Assembly: GCF_001194135.2 (NCBI RefSeq)
Contig: NC_069001.1
Span: 32,943,979-33,007,978 of the forward strand
DNA length: 64,000 nucleotides
Direction: 5' to 3'
Source: Octopus bimaculoides
Taxonomy: Eukaryota
Positions 1 through 11,856 of the stretch are shown here, in pieces. The position numbers were made by a program, and so were the translations under genes. Below the pieces are notes generated by a model, which saw only the letters and a program-made list of their open reading frames with translations, was not told the DNA's origin and searched no databases. The stretch's first letter is position 1. The number at the start of each line of letters is the position of its first letter.

Positions 1-151
1 TATGTATATATATATATATATGTATGTATATATATATATATATGTATGTATATATATATATATATGTATGTATATATATATATATATGTATGTATATATA
101 TATATATGTATGTATGTATATATATATATATGTATGTATATATATATATAG
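1..151. repeat. (TA)n/(TATG)n compound microsatellite
   Basis: Directly visible tandem TA/TATG units. Confidence 0.95.
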
Positions 152-659
152 TATTCATTGAAACTTTTGCTGATAAGACTAAGGTTGTCGACTGAGTTTA
201 AAGTTAGTAAGCTGACACCTTAAATCATTTTCAACAAATCGCCTTTGCGTACGGAAATAATCTCTTACGTTCTCATTGATAATCCACCGGCCGGCTAAGT
301 GTTGTTTTTATTTCTTTTTTTAATTATCATTCCGTGTGTAATGTTGTTATTTTTTGATTTTATATAGCGAGGTCAGATGTAGTTGTGAGTAGCGGTTACA
401 TAATATTCTGGAAGTTAAACCATCAAGTATAGTCTTGCAATTTTATTGTCAAGTCTTTTTCAACAGCATACTTATTTTACAACTGACGCTTGTCGTTTAC
501 TGCTTACATGCTAAAGCAATCACAAATGCATGCACACGCATAGACATACATAATGAATTAAATTTGTTATACCTTACTTTTGATGAAAGGCAAATGATAC
601 CTATACGTGGCACATATTTGCAACGAGCTAAAGATAGAAATCACTTACTCGTATTCAAA

Positions 660-865
660 TTAGAAACTACTTGCTGACGAGTGGCTGCCAAAAAATAGCT
701 GTCAAATCTCACCGCCTTAAAAACTGTGAGGCAACAGTGCACTCCAAGATGTACAATAGAAAAAAAAAGAAAAGAACGTGATAGACATAGGTGGAGCATT
801 TTTGATAATAGTAATGTTCGAGCAAGACTGATCTAGGGCTAGATCAGTAATAGGTTGCTTCTCTT
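660..865 (+). mobile_element. Decayed copy of an interspersed SINE-like family (related copies near 37500-37686, 44545-44680, 47420-47460)
   Basis: Shared motif series atagctgtcaaatctc...ccttaaaaa...ttgat...ctgatctagggcta, loosely matching the other copies (e.g. gctggaatgtctttgat...ctgaccttggactaaacaa). Confidence 0.4.
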
Positions 866-1326
866 GTGGTTATTGGTGTAACTCCTCTATCTTGCATAGG
901 TTGTTATTTACTCCTTGATCGAACAAGCCTATGATTAAAGGTATTCTAGCTGTTGCCATTCTGCCTTTATCTCTTTCAAGTAATGCGTTACATTATCTTA
1001 TGTGTTCTTCATTTTCTGAGACTGTGGAATGTAATTTAAGGTAGACTTAGTTGATATTTCTCGCAGGCTGAGCGAGAAATATCTACTGGGCTGCCCCTTT
1101 AAAAAAATGTGTATGCGATGATAGATAGACTAGCAACTTTGTCAATTGTTACAAGATTGTATATTTTTGGACGTAAGGAAAATTGAATTGTTTGGAGATT
1201 AAATAATTCAGAATATTCAGAAACCAGGGCCTATAAAAGGAAGGAGGTTCAACTAGCACATCGGTTCAGGGCCCGGAGAGCCAAGACAGGACCTATGACT
1301 AAGGGCTGTGCTTCCCTCTTAAAAAT

Positions 1327-1700
1327 GTTGTTGGCACTCCGTCGCTTACGACGTCGAGGGTTCCAGTTGATCCGATCAACGGAACAGCCTGCTCATGAAA
1401 TTAACGTGCAAGTGGCTGAGCACTCCACAGACACGTGTACCCTTAACGTAGTTCTCGGGGATATTCAGCGTGACAAGGCTGACCCTTTGAATTACAGGTA
1501 CAACAGAAGCAGGAAGAAAGAGTGAGAGAAAGTTGTGGTGGAAGAGTACAGCAGGGTTCGCCACCATCCCCTGCCGGAGCCTCGTGGAGCTTTAGGCGTT
1601 TTCGCTCAATAAACACTCACAACGCCCGGTCTGGGAATCGAAACCGCGATCCTATGACCGCGAGTCTGCTGCCCTAACCACTAGGCCATTGCGCCTCCAC
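1327..1700 (-). mobile_element. Near full-length tRNA-derived SINE
   Basis: Minus strand starts GTGGAGGCGCAATGGCCTAGTGGTTAGGGCAGC (A-box) and has GGTTTCGATTCCC (B-box); it ends ...ACGGAGTGCCAACAAC. Both flanks contain TTAAAAA, a possible target-site duplication (TSD). Confidence 0.85.
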
Positions 1701-3294
1701 TTAAAAAAAAAATGGTAATATTAATAAATAAAAAATTAAAAAAATATTTCGATTTAAAATTTTTTAAAGGAATCTCTCCCGATTCTCGGGTCTGAAAGCA
1801 GTCTTGTTCAGCTTTACCAAATTTCTCTCATGGCCTACTAATGACTAAAAAAGTCAGTCACAAATTAGAGATAGTTACAGAACTTTCATGCATAACTATT
1901 GATGATAGATAGACTGGCAACTTTGTCAACCGCCACAAACGTGAAGAAACTACATTACACATAGAAAACATAGCAACTCAAATGAGTGGATCAACTAATG
2001 AAGGAGGTAGAAAAGCCTTCTGAATTTAAAGCAGTATCGTAAGGGAATTTTTGGTCTGCATTGTTGTAGTGGTTGCATGTTGATCGTGTATTGTTTTGAT
2101 GACCATCGTCATGTGGACAAGCGGGTTGCGTGTACAATAAATGAAACAACTCAAGAACTTTTAATAGATTTACTGCTGGACATGATTTACTGCGTTGATC
2201 ATCGTTGATTAAAGAATGATGTTCATAATATAACCGCCGACTGAGAGGAGAGAACCGCGTTGTGTCTGTAGACTAGCTGTGGTACATCACGTGTTGTCCG
2301 AAATCGTTTCTTGGTCTTAGCGGTCGGCCTTCTGTGACTTCCCAAGGTGGTCTGGTCTTAGCTGCCTGTCTTCTGTGAGTGCTCTATATAGTCTACGCGA
2401 ATGCCCGAGGCCGTCTAGGCGACAAATGGTTTTTATCGGATGAAAAAGGGCGAATTTTAGATCATCCGAAGAGCCATATCACGCTGATTGATCGGTTTAT
2501 AAATCAGTCACGTGAAACTGTGGTAGCTCACTCGTGATCCTTAACTGAATGTCTTGCTGTTGGGGTTCGAATCCCTGTAGCAATATAGACTGGATTTAAT
2601 GAAATACAGCTTGTATTTTCTACTTGTATATCCTATATTTCTGGTGAGACAACTTCAGCACAGTGTTGGCTGAAAGCCATGGGCGTAACCAGGTTTTAAA
2701 AGTTAGGGAGAGAGAGCAGTTAAAAAATGGCGCCAGGGCACATACCAAATAATCTAAAATTCACTTTACAATTTTTTTTGGATTTAAAATAAAACAAACA
2801 AAACACGGAAGTTATTGTTTTAAAGGAAATACATAATTGCTATTTTGTATTTAAACTGAAAACAAGGAAGATACAGTTTTAAAGGAAGTGCATAATTATT
2901 TTGTATTTAAAATCAAAACAATAAAAAAGTTTTACAGTAGGCTCAAATCCATTCACTATCTAATATGAAAATGTAATACATCCCCACTAAAAATTCGTGT
3001 TTATTTAATTATTTTACATTTTAAACGTGAAATGAAAACAAAATGAATCAATATAGAAATGTATGTAGCAATCATAACAACTTCTAGGCTTCAATTCTTG
3101 TAAAGTTGTATTTTATTTTATTATAATCCACTTCAGTAGGCAACTGCCTGTCAATGAATGACGTCCATTTTTAGTACGAAGGCACAATTTTATGTACTTG
3201 AGCCAGTTAAATGATCGTCCATAGACACACTAGTAAGGTTAGTAGAATGTACAATATGAACAAGTTAGGACACATAAACACGTCACTGGCAATC

Positions 3295-3420
3295 ATGAAT
3301 TTAAGTACGACACTGTACAACTAATAGGCTGGACTTGGAGAATCCGAGTCAACTTCTTTTGCTCTTTCTCCGTGAAACTGAGTATTTCTAGGCTTTTTGT
3401 GCAAATTGTATGTATGTATG
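3295..3420 (-). mobile_element. C-terminal fragment of an RLE-type non-LTR retrotransposon
   Basis: Translation KSLEILSFTEKEQKKLTRILQVQPISCTV resembles the C-terminus at 36930-37080 (LEFAKERQSKRILIVQTQWISGTV). Confidence 0.45.
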
Positions 3421-3884
3421 TATTGATTTCCAATCGCATATACATGTGTTTATGTATGCAGATAAATATAAATACGTACATGTATATTGACAGAAATTCA
3501 TGTATATCAAGATGTTCATAACTTACTTTTACGTACACATACAGACATCACTGAAAGAAATGCACAGATGGACACACGCACACACACGCACACACACACA
3601 CACACAAAAATAAATAAATGAGTGTGTGGTTATGTATGTGTGTTTAGCCCCGAAAGGTCTAAAACGATGCGTCCTTGAGGAAAACGAATTTGATTTTCGA
3701 AATCTGCGTCCCAAAGAGAAGGTTATCTAGATAATAATGAAAAAAATATAATTTGCTAGAGAAATTTCAACTTTTAGATCGCCAAATTTCTTACTCTCTA
3801 TCTGTCATCATCAGGCCCGCTCTCTCTTTTACGCCTTCCCCCCTTTATATCTAACTATATTTGCACCCTCTAAGCAAATTTCAT

Positions 3885-5060
3885 TCTCCAACTTAAGGGG
3901 AATACCAATGCAAACGCATTGGTTTTAGTATAAGCGATATCAACGATGCGTTTGGCCCAGGAACCGCTAATGAACGTAATGGCGGTTCAAGAAATTTCGT
4001 AGCGGTAACGAGAGTCTTGAAGATGATAAGCGTAGTAGTCGGCCATCCGATGTTGACAACGATCAACTAAGATCCTTAGTTGAAGCTAATCCACGCACAA
4101 CTGTTCGAGATCTTGCTTCTGAATTAGACGTAATGTATACGACAATTTCCAACCACTTGAAAGAGACTGGAAAAACAAAAATACTTGAGAAATAGGTGCC
4201 GCACGAATTGAACGACAACCAAATAAAAAAAAATGCCGTTTTGCAGTGTCGTCCTCCCTTTTACGCAACAAGAATGACCCGTTTCTTGACCGGATTGTGN
4301 NNNNNNNNNNNNNNNNNNNNNNNNNNNNNNNNNNNNNNNNNNNNNNNNNNNNNNNNNNNNNNNNNNNNNNNNNNNNNNNNNNNNNNNNNNNNNNNNNNNN
4401 NNNNNNNNNNNNNNNNNNNNNNNNNNNNNNNNNNNNNNNNNNNNNNNNNNNNNNNNNNNNNNNNNNNNNNNNNNNNNNNNNNNNNNNNNNNNNNNNNNNN
4501 NNNNNNNNNNNNNNNNNNNNNNNNNNNNNNNNNNNNNNNNNNNNNNNNNNNNNNNNNNNNNNNNNNNNNNNNNNNNNNNNNNNNNNNNNNNNNNNNNNNN
4601 NNNNNNNNNNNNNNNNNNNNNNNNNNNNNNNNNNNNNNNNNNNNNNNNNNNNNNNNNNNNNNNNNNNNNNNNNNNNNNNNNNNNNNNNNNNNNNNNNNNN
4701 NNNNNNNNNNNNNNNNNNNNNCCTGCAGAAGTTGAACGAATCGGGCTACGGAACTCTGCCACATCTGCCATACTCACCAGACCTCTCGCTTCCCGAATAT
4801 CACTTTTTCAAATATCTCGACAACTTACTGCGTGCGAAATGCTTCAAAAACCAAGACGATGCCAAACACGCCTTCAACGACTTCATCGCCACCAGAACGC
4901 AGGATTTTTACGCTACTGGCATAAATAAACTTGTTTCGCGTTGGCAAAAGTGTGTTGATTCTGATGGTGTTTATTTCGATTAATAAAGTTTTGTTTGAGC
5001 CAAGATATGTACATCTGAATTTAAAGGTTAAAAACCGCAAGAACCTTCTTGACAACCTAA
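3885..5060 (+). mobile_element. Mariner DNA transposon relic, 5'-truncated, interrupted by assembly gap 4300-4721
   Basis: HTH region RS(S)RPSDVDNDQLRSLVEANPRTTVRDLA; K*VPHEL (WVPHEL motif with W mutated to stop); PFLDRIV; after the gap LPHLPYSPDL...RWQKCVDSDGVYFD*. The 3' terminal inverted repeat (TIR) ends ...CTTGACAACCTAA followed by TA at 5061-5062. Confidence 0.9.
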
Positions 5061-5062
5061 TA

Positions 5063-5095
<33 letters not shown>

Positions 5096-5649
5096 ATACA
5101 CTCACACGTGTGTTTGTGTGTATAAACACACATATATACCTTACATACAAACATCCCGTCACGCTCGTATATTCATACAATTGCATCCATACGCGCGCGC
5201 GTTCTATCTCCTTAAAAATTTGAATGCTGGATAAATGCAAATGCAGCGTTAAATGATGCAAAACAGCAAAGTAGTGTTAGTAAGGTCATTAATAAGATTA
5301 TTGACCGGGTGTTAGTTGCTTATGAATAATAAATGGAACAAGAGAATAAAATAAGTAATAATGAAGTCGTAAATAGATAATAATTAGTAAATTTAGTGAA
5401 GTCTGTTATTATGCAGCCTATAAACATATATATATATATATATAAACAATAAAATCAAGAACAAACAAGAATAATATCACGTGAACAAATGTGTAAGCTA
5501 CAAACATTAACGGTAAACAAGAATGAAAATATGAATAAAAATAAGATAAATACATAACAAAAAAAAAATGAAGGGATCGAAAACTTGAATAATTTGGTAG
5601 GCGTAGTGTGGTGATATATAAGCACTTGTTATTAGTAGATATTTTTTTC

Positions 5650-5855
5650 TAATTTCGGTACAAGGCCTGCAATTTTGAGTGGCGGGGCAGTCGATGTTAT
5701 CGACCCCAGTGCTCGACTGGTATTATTTTATCGGTCCCGAAAGGATGAAAGCCAAAATCGAAAACCTCGTGGAAGTTTGAACTCAGAACGTAAAGATCTG
5801 AAAAAAAAATGCTGCTAAGCATTTTGTTCGACTCGTTAACGATCTTCCATCTTGC
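5650..5855 (-). mobile_element. Copy of the most abundant SINE family in the window (family A; head AAGGCGGCGAGCTGGCAGAA)
   Basis: Reverse complement matches the shared blocks GTTCTGAGTTCAAA, CTTTCATCCTTTCGGG-CCGATAAAATAA-TACCAG and GGCCTTGT-CC seen in the intact copies. Confidence 0.8.
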
Positions 5856-6642
5856 AGTCATCGGTAGATATATAACATTGATAAGGGTAAGTGATTAACA
5901 GTATATTAAATATATTTGTTTACAATAAATTCGATTAATAGGATGAACATTTATTGTGAGTTGCATGCAAAGTTAATGTGATTCTTAGATAAAATTAATG
6001 TAATGTATCTTCGTAAAGAGATAGAACGAAATAAACCATTAAGAACAGTAATAAACGAATGAAGAAAAAAATATAGATAGTGCGTGTGTCAATTTGGCAA
6101 AAAAAAAAAATTACCATCCCGAAATACAACAACGTATTGGTAAAAATTGGAATAAATACGATGATTTAGGAAGGAAACTTATGTAAGTGGTGGAGATGTT
6201 GAGAGACTACGATATGATGTCTAGATATCTAAGAAAAGGTGGTGGATTATCTATTATCTGTTGAAGGTAATGAGTTTTTATGATTTATTGTTTTGATAAG
6301 GAAACTAGCTCAGAGTTTGCAGTTATGTATATTTGTTTCAGGAAAGAGACTTCCGAAGGACTTAGAAGTACGTAACTGACACATTTTGTCATTGACTTGG
6401 TTAAGCAAGGCAATGTTAATATTTTTCAACAAATATTGCGGCAGACGTTTATAGCCAGCAAGTACCATATGTTTCCAATTTTATTATATATTTCCTTGCG
6501 AAACTAAGTACTCTTAAGAGTAAGTGTTCGACTCTGCTCTATCTCTAATTTTGTCAATGGTTTCGCCTTCAAGTTTAGAGTATTGAATACGCTTCTGGTT
6601 TGTTTTCTTGCAGGAGTTTTTAGTTGGATGGGATATGTGTAT

Positions 6643-6837
6643 ACTCTTTTACTTGTTTCAGTCATTTGACTGTGGCCATGCTGAAGCACCGCCTTTAGTT
6701 GAGCAAATCGACCCCAGGACTTATACTTTGTAAGCCTAGTACTTATTCTGTCGGGATCTTTTTGCTGAACCGCTAAGTTACGGGGACGTAAACACACCAG
6801 CATCAGTTGTCAGGCGATGTTGGGGGGACAAACATAG

Positions 6838-6874
<37 letters not shown>

Positions 6875-7026
6875 CGACGGGCTTCTTTCTGTTTCCGTCT
6901 ACCAAATCCACTCTCAAAGCTTTGGTCGGCCCAAGGCTATAGTAGAAGACACTTGCCCAAGGTTCCACGCAGTGGGACTGAACCTGGAACCATGTGGTTC
7001 GTAAGCACAGCCACTCATACGCCTGT
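6643..7026 (-). mobile_element. tRNA-derived SINE with CORE-like block and internal microsatellite (family B)
   Basis: Minus strand has CATGGTTCCAGGTTCAGTCCCACTGCGTGG then CCTTGGGCAAGTGTCTTCTACTATAGCC (MIR/CORE-like), an internal (TA)n(TG)n tract and the tail GACTGAAACAAGTAAAAGAG. Confidence 0.85.
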
Positions 7027-7255
7027 GGATGTTTTTTTTTATATACCAACTTTTAGTTTGTCTGATTGGACACAGTTGTTCATGAAGTTTTTAAGGTGCC
7101 ACTTTAGTGTACGGATTGCCTGGCTAATTACACTTTAGCGTACAGCCTAACCTTAAAATCTCATCCTAACCCAGATCAGAGGATTTCAGAGATTAGACAA
7201 GATACTGCGGTAGAGCGCACGCTGAAGTAGCACCAGCTTTGAAGTGTTGTTTTAA

Positions 7256-7475
7256 CCCTTTTGATACCAACTTGCCTGAAACTGCTCCTGGTTCTTTGAT
7301 ACAAACGTCCTGTTCTGAATTAATGGAAATTAGAACTTTTATATCAAAATTTATGTATTACTTTATACTCGGTCACCAGCTCAATAATGATAAAAGTTGT
7401 TTTACTAAGTTATTCATTATTTTAAAAACTAATTTAAAGATAGTGTATTTCTGTAGAAATATGGCAATACAAGGG
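7256..7475. mobile_element. piggyBac-type MITE (220 bp)
   Basis: TTAA at 7252-7255 and 7476-7479; termini CCCTT...AAGGG; imperfect TIRs (CCCTTTTGATACCA versus CCCTTGTATTGCCA). Confidence 0.75.
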
Positions 7476-7699
7476 TTAAGGGACAAATAGCATTTTTTTT
7501 TCGTAATTTAATTTCCTGTTTAGATGGAAGACCTTTAATCCAAATATGTCCAATTATTCATTGTAAAGGAGGAATTTTCAAATTTTGAAACCATATATTT
7601 TCATGTATAACTTGGTACTATCAAACGATGAAGTGAAAAATACTATTTCACCCCGTTCATCTCACAAAATGCCCTGTCTTCTAAAAATATCTTTTATGT

Positions 7700-7996
7700 T
7701 AGGATAGGTGTGTTTTCGCCAGAAGTTTAATTGGGTGCTCGTCAGGCCGAGAAAAGCAAACTGTCGAGGTATCGGTCGCTCTCCGATAGGCTCATGGTCG
7801 AGACTGTAGTAGTTGAGATCTCCGGGGTTCTTGGCCTCCGGACCATATCATTGCTATCGGGGCAGAGATTGTCGTCTGCAAGTGCGAGCACCGTGAGTCA
7901 GAGTGGCTGTCCCAGCGCATCTCCCTCGATATTCTCTGGGGAAACATCTTTTCCATTTTGTCTGCTGGTACCATGAGAAATATTTCCATATTGTGA
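7700..7996 (+). mobile_element. 3' end of a CRE-clade (RLE endonuclease) non-LTR retrotransposon
   Basis: Two frames give ARQAEKSKLSRYRSLSDRLMVETVVVEISGVLG and HRESEWLSQRISLDILWGNIFSIL, matching the CRE C-terminal pattern K..RY..L...F...AVET.G.LG ... E..WL.QRIS.A..RGN. Confidence 0.75.
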
Positions 7997-10489
7997 GATG
8001 TAAGATTCTTCGTTAAACTGGAGGAACAAATCCGTGTCTGTCTCAAATTCAGTTGACCCTGATATCCAATTTAACTCCCTGTAGTATATGGGTCCAGTAA
8101 TTTAAATATGTTCTTTTTACTACAAAATTAAAGTCTTTTATAGTCCCAGCATCCTTAGCTGGTCGTCCTTATCACTTATTGGAATACATTAACCTGAGAG
8201 AGTTTTAGTTTCCACTAATGGGACCAACAATTCAAAGACATAGCTATTACGTCATTATAAATTATCTTATCAGTTTGAGTGGGTCCACACGTGCTTCTCT
8301 AACAATTACTTTCAATAATAATTATGATGGCCACGATAATAATAATAATAATAATAATAATAATATATCTATGAATGCTAAAAAGAGGCGGAGAGGAGAC
8401 GGCAAAAAATAGTGGAAAAGTACGGAAAGGTATTGTTGATGCTTTGATTTATTGATCTGCAGCTTTGTTAGTTTGATGTCTTTTGACGTCATCAGAGTTA
8501 GACGAAGCAAGCAGCAACGGCAGCAACAAAAGCAGTAAATAATAAGGATGGCAACGAAGATAATATTTAGAATGATAACATTAAAAACAAAATAACACTC
8601 ACTCACACAAATAAAAAAAAATGATCTGAAAGAAGAAAAAACAACAAACAAACAAGCAAATAGTATTTCGTAGTAAGAGATGTTATTCTAAGTTCCGTAA
8701 GTGATAAATGGAAGGTTGTGAAGCCCATGACTTTCCCAAAAACATTAACACAATAACTGAAGCAATTAAAAACGACAAATCGAAATTATGTTGCAGATTT
8801 TGTTTATCGTGCATTTATTAAGCTAGCGACATCAATATCTTTTTTCTATTTTTTCATTTTACAATAATAATTTTGTTCATTATATATCGACATGGGACAG
8901 AAAGTGATGACGTTCCTTTCCACTACCATTAAAAGCATTAGCATCGTTGAGTGAAAGTCGCAACTGACCGATTCCTCAGGATGTAGACTTGCTAATCGAG
9001 TGGTTGCGTGTTCATATCTCTCATCAGTACTATGATGTATTCTTAGTAAAGCATGTTATGCCTTTAATAGTGTCATGTCGCTCGATGTAAATCCGAGATT
9101 CTGGCTCGATACTGTTCCTCATCGAAGGAACCACAGCGAATATTTCGCTAACTTGCAGTGCTAAGTTCCAATTTCATCATAGGTAAAGCCTGTGATTCAC
9201 CTATTGTTTTGCTTTTACCCCCTGATATGAACTTTTAGCACTTGGGGTTGCAGGACGTTTTCCACCCAGGATGGGTAAAAAATTGTGTGGACAATACGAG
9301 TATTTGTTAGAATATGCATGAATAGCAATCATAGCTACTTACATATGCTATCCGACTGAAGATATCGTTCCAGATGTTGAGTGGAAGGGTGTTAAATTGG
9401 GTAACTCTAAGTGGGTAGTACCATAAAATAGAAAAATTCAATGAATTTCTTACTTTGATACAAGATCTCATATTTATAATGGAGGAGAAATGTTATTTTA
9501 TAGTATACAGTGGCATAAAATTTCGATGTTTATTTTCTAAAATTGGGTCAGGGATCGTATGTTGTCTAAGACATGTTGGTCAATGCTGACTTCAGCAAGA
9601 CTGAGATTTGATAGTTGATGAGGCTTCCGGTTTAAGTTTTAAACGTTTAGTAGCTACTTTCATTTATTTAAATAAATGAAATAAATACAAGCCAAAAAGA
9701 TCGAAATTCATTCTGGAGAGGAGTAGCCCTTCACATCTGCAACTATGTAGAATGAGACAAAGTGGAATGTTTTTGTGTGTCTTCAAATAATTTTAATGTT
9801 TTACAGTTTCACAAATTCTTCCGGTATCTCAATTCCTCTATTTTCTATTAAATGACATCAAATTGTTTTTGTGTTCATGGAGCTATTTTTTTAACCTGTG
9901 AAATAAACATGATCTCTGCCACTAATCTGCTTAGATCCAGTTAAATAAAGCCACTTACGGACAAAAAAAAATGTGATTTATGTTCGACCATAAATCTTGG
10001 TATTAAATCTGATTGTTGAACGGCCATAGGTCTACCAAATATTATCTGTTCTAATAAGTGTGTGTGTATGTGGAGAGAGAGAGAGAGAGAAGATGCCAGG
10101 CGAAGAGGCAGAGAATCGAAGTGAAGTAAGATAGACAATGTAGAAACGAGAAAGAGGCAAAATAGCTAGATGGAGAGGATTGAAGTAAGCGAATAATATT
10201 TAAGTATTAAGAGCTATAGATGTCAGATATAAACATATTTGTCGACCAGGTGATAAAAAAGTGGGCGTTAACAAAATTAGATTAGACAGGTGTTATTTAA
10301 TAATTTTTTTCAAGTCCATCCAAAGTAATACTTTCTGTTCACTTTGTTAACTTGCAAATAGACCTAACACATCATGCAAAAACAAAGTTATCACTTTCCA
10401 ACAGATTTTTTTTACTCTTATTCTCACATTACCCCCCTTTACAGTTTCACTGGACAACGGATAAGATTTAGAATTCTGTCTCCTTAGGT

Positions 10490-10667
10490 CAGGCCTATCA
10501 CCAGACTTTGGTGCCTGGGGGTGCTTCAGAATGGTCTGGGTGGGTACTAACTCGTGATTGTGCTAAAGTGGAGTTTCGAAATAAGTGTATCACTGTAAAT
10601 CTGAGGGTGCACCATTGAATAGTGAGGGGAAAGTCCTGTCCAGTGTACCCCCTTAGTGACGGGCATG
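10490..10667 (+). mobile_element. hAT-type MITE, copy 1 of 4
   Basis: TIRs CAGGCCTATCAC / GTGACGGGCATG; 8-bp TSD CCTTAGGT / CTTTGGGT (6/8); body matches 18523-18696 and 30326-30498. Confidence 0.8.
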
Positions 10668-10777
10668 CTTTGGGTGTCTTCCTATTACCGATTGAAAGCG
10701 AATTTTCAATTAGAAATTGATATATTTTTGATTTTGCTTTCAATCATTCAATTGCATATTGTAGAAAAGATTAAGAA

Positions 10778-11680
10778 TTTCCGAATGTTGTTGCTTATCA
10801 TTGCTTAATACACTAACAAGCGACAAGTGGAAATGTTGAACTTTGAAGTTATGATTGTAACCGTAAAGAAATATAGACTCTATCAAAGCCAAAACACATC
10901 AAAGAAGATTATTTATGTCTTTTAGAAGAAATTGATGCACATAGTAGAAATGTACGTCTTCACAACGAACTTAGATGACTGAGTAAAAGATCAGTTTTTG
11001 TTAGATTCAGGCAATTGTTACCAGATATCAAAGAAAATTACTTAATGACTGAAAGATAAAAAATACAACCGTTCTGAAAGACAAAAGAATGGCTTCGAAA
11101 ATTAACATTTTCATCAATATTGCATTACAAAGTAAAAATAAAAATATAACAAGCATGATCTCTTTCACTAATTCTTTCATAATGAAATTAGCTTTGTGGC
11201 TAACTCAGTTTTGCAGAAATGATCTTACACGTTTTTTAAATACTAAAGGTAAGTTTGATGAGATAAATATAACTTCAAACGCAAACCATAATAATTAGGA
11301 AGAGTTTGCAATGGGTTTTTAAAGAACATGTTGAGTTCAAATTTTAAGAGATTTTAACAAATTTAAGGAGGTTTCTGAAATATGCAGTTTTTTAACATAG
11401 CTTTCAGTTAGGACAAATAACTTGGAATATATATGCAAAGAACTGTTAGTAATTATAAGCGTAATTATTGATTTACGGAGAAGCATTGATGTCAAATCGC
11501 ACAAAAATTCTGATCTTTGAAGATAATTGACTTCTAATAAATATTCACAATTCAAAGATGTTTGCATGCAATTTTGTGTTTTGGGAGTATTTATTTGTGT
11601 GAAGCATCTTTTTTCTCACTTGAATCATATTAAATCTAAATATCGAACAAAAATAACTAACGAGCATCTCAATGTCTACT
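10778..11680 (+). pseudogene. Degenerate hAT transposase (Charlie/SPIN/GTF2IRD2-like), C-terminal half
   Basis: Collinear motifs FPNVVAYHCLIH; HNELR*LSK (HTEVRWLSR-like); LQSKNKNITSMISFTNSFIMKLALW; hAT dimerisation motif GSIYLCEASF...IKSKYRTKITNEHL. Multiple stops and frameshifts. Confidence 0.8.
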
Positions 11681-11856
11681 AAGTAATTATGTAGCTGATT
11701 ACGTCAATGTTGCTGGAGATGCGTAATGTAAAGTTTTACATTGATTTCAATGAAACAAAGACACTATTCTAAAAACGTTTTTATTATATTCTCTCATTCA
11801 TTAATTTAAAAATACATTTTTTGTACCTTCATATATATATATATATATATATATAT

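Noticed and set aside
1620-1700. tRNA-like heads (also near 2520-2580 and 61268-61335) as genuine tRNA genes
   Set aside because: They lack a complete acceptor stem and an oligo-T terminator, and run into SINE bodies.
2230-2600. GC-richer segment with a short tandem duplication, a B-box (GGTTCGAATCCC) and a possible hammerhead (CCGAAGA...GAAA-CTGTG-GTA)
   Set aside because: The core reads CCGAAGA rather than CTGANGA and no stem I forms; it is probably a decayed repeat or SINE head.
7792-8193. Minus-strand ORF with an acceptor-like site (ctctctcag|G at 8193), considered as a host exon
   Set aside because: The plus strand of 7700-7996 is explained by CRE retrotransposon motifs, and all three frames after the acceptor stop within a few codons.
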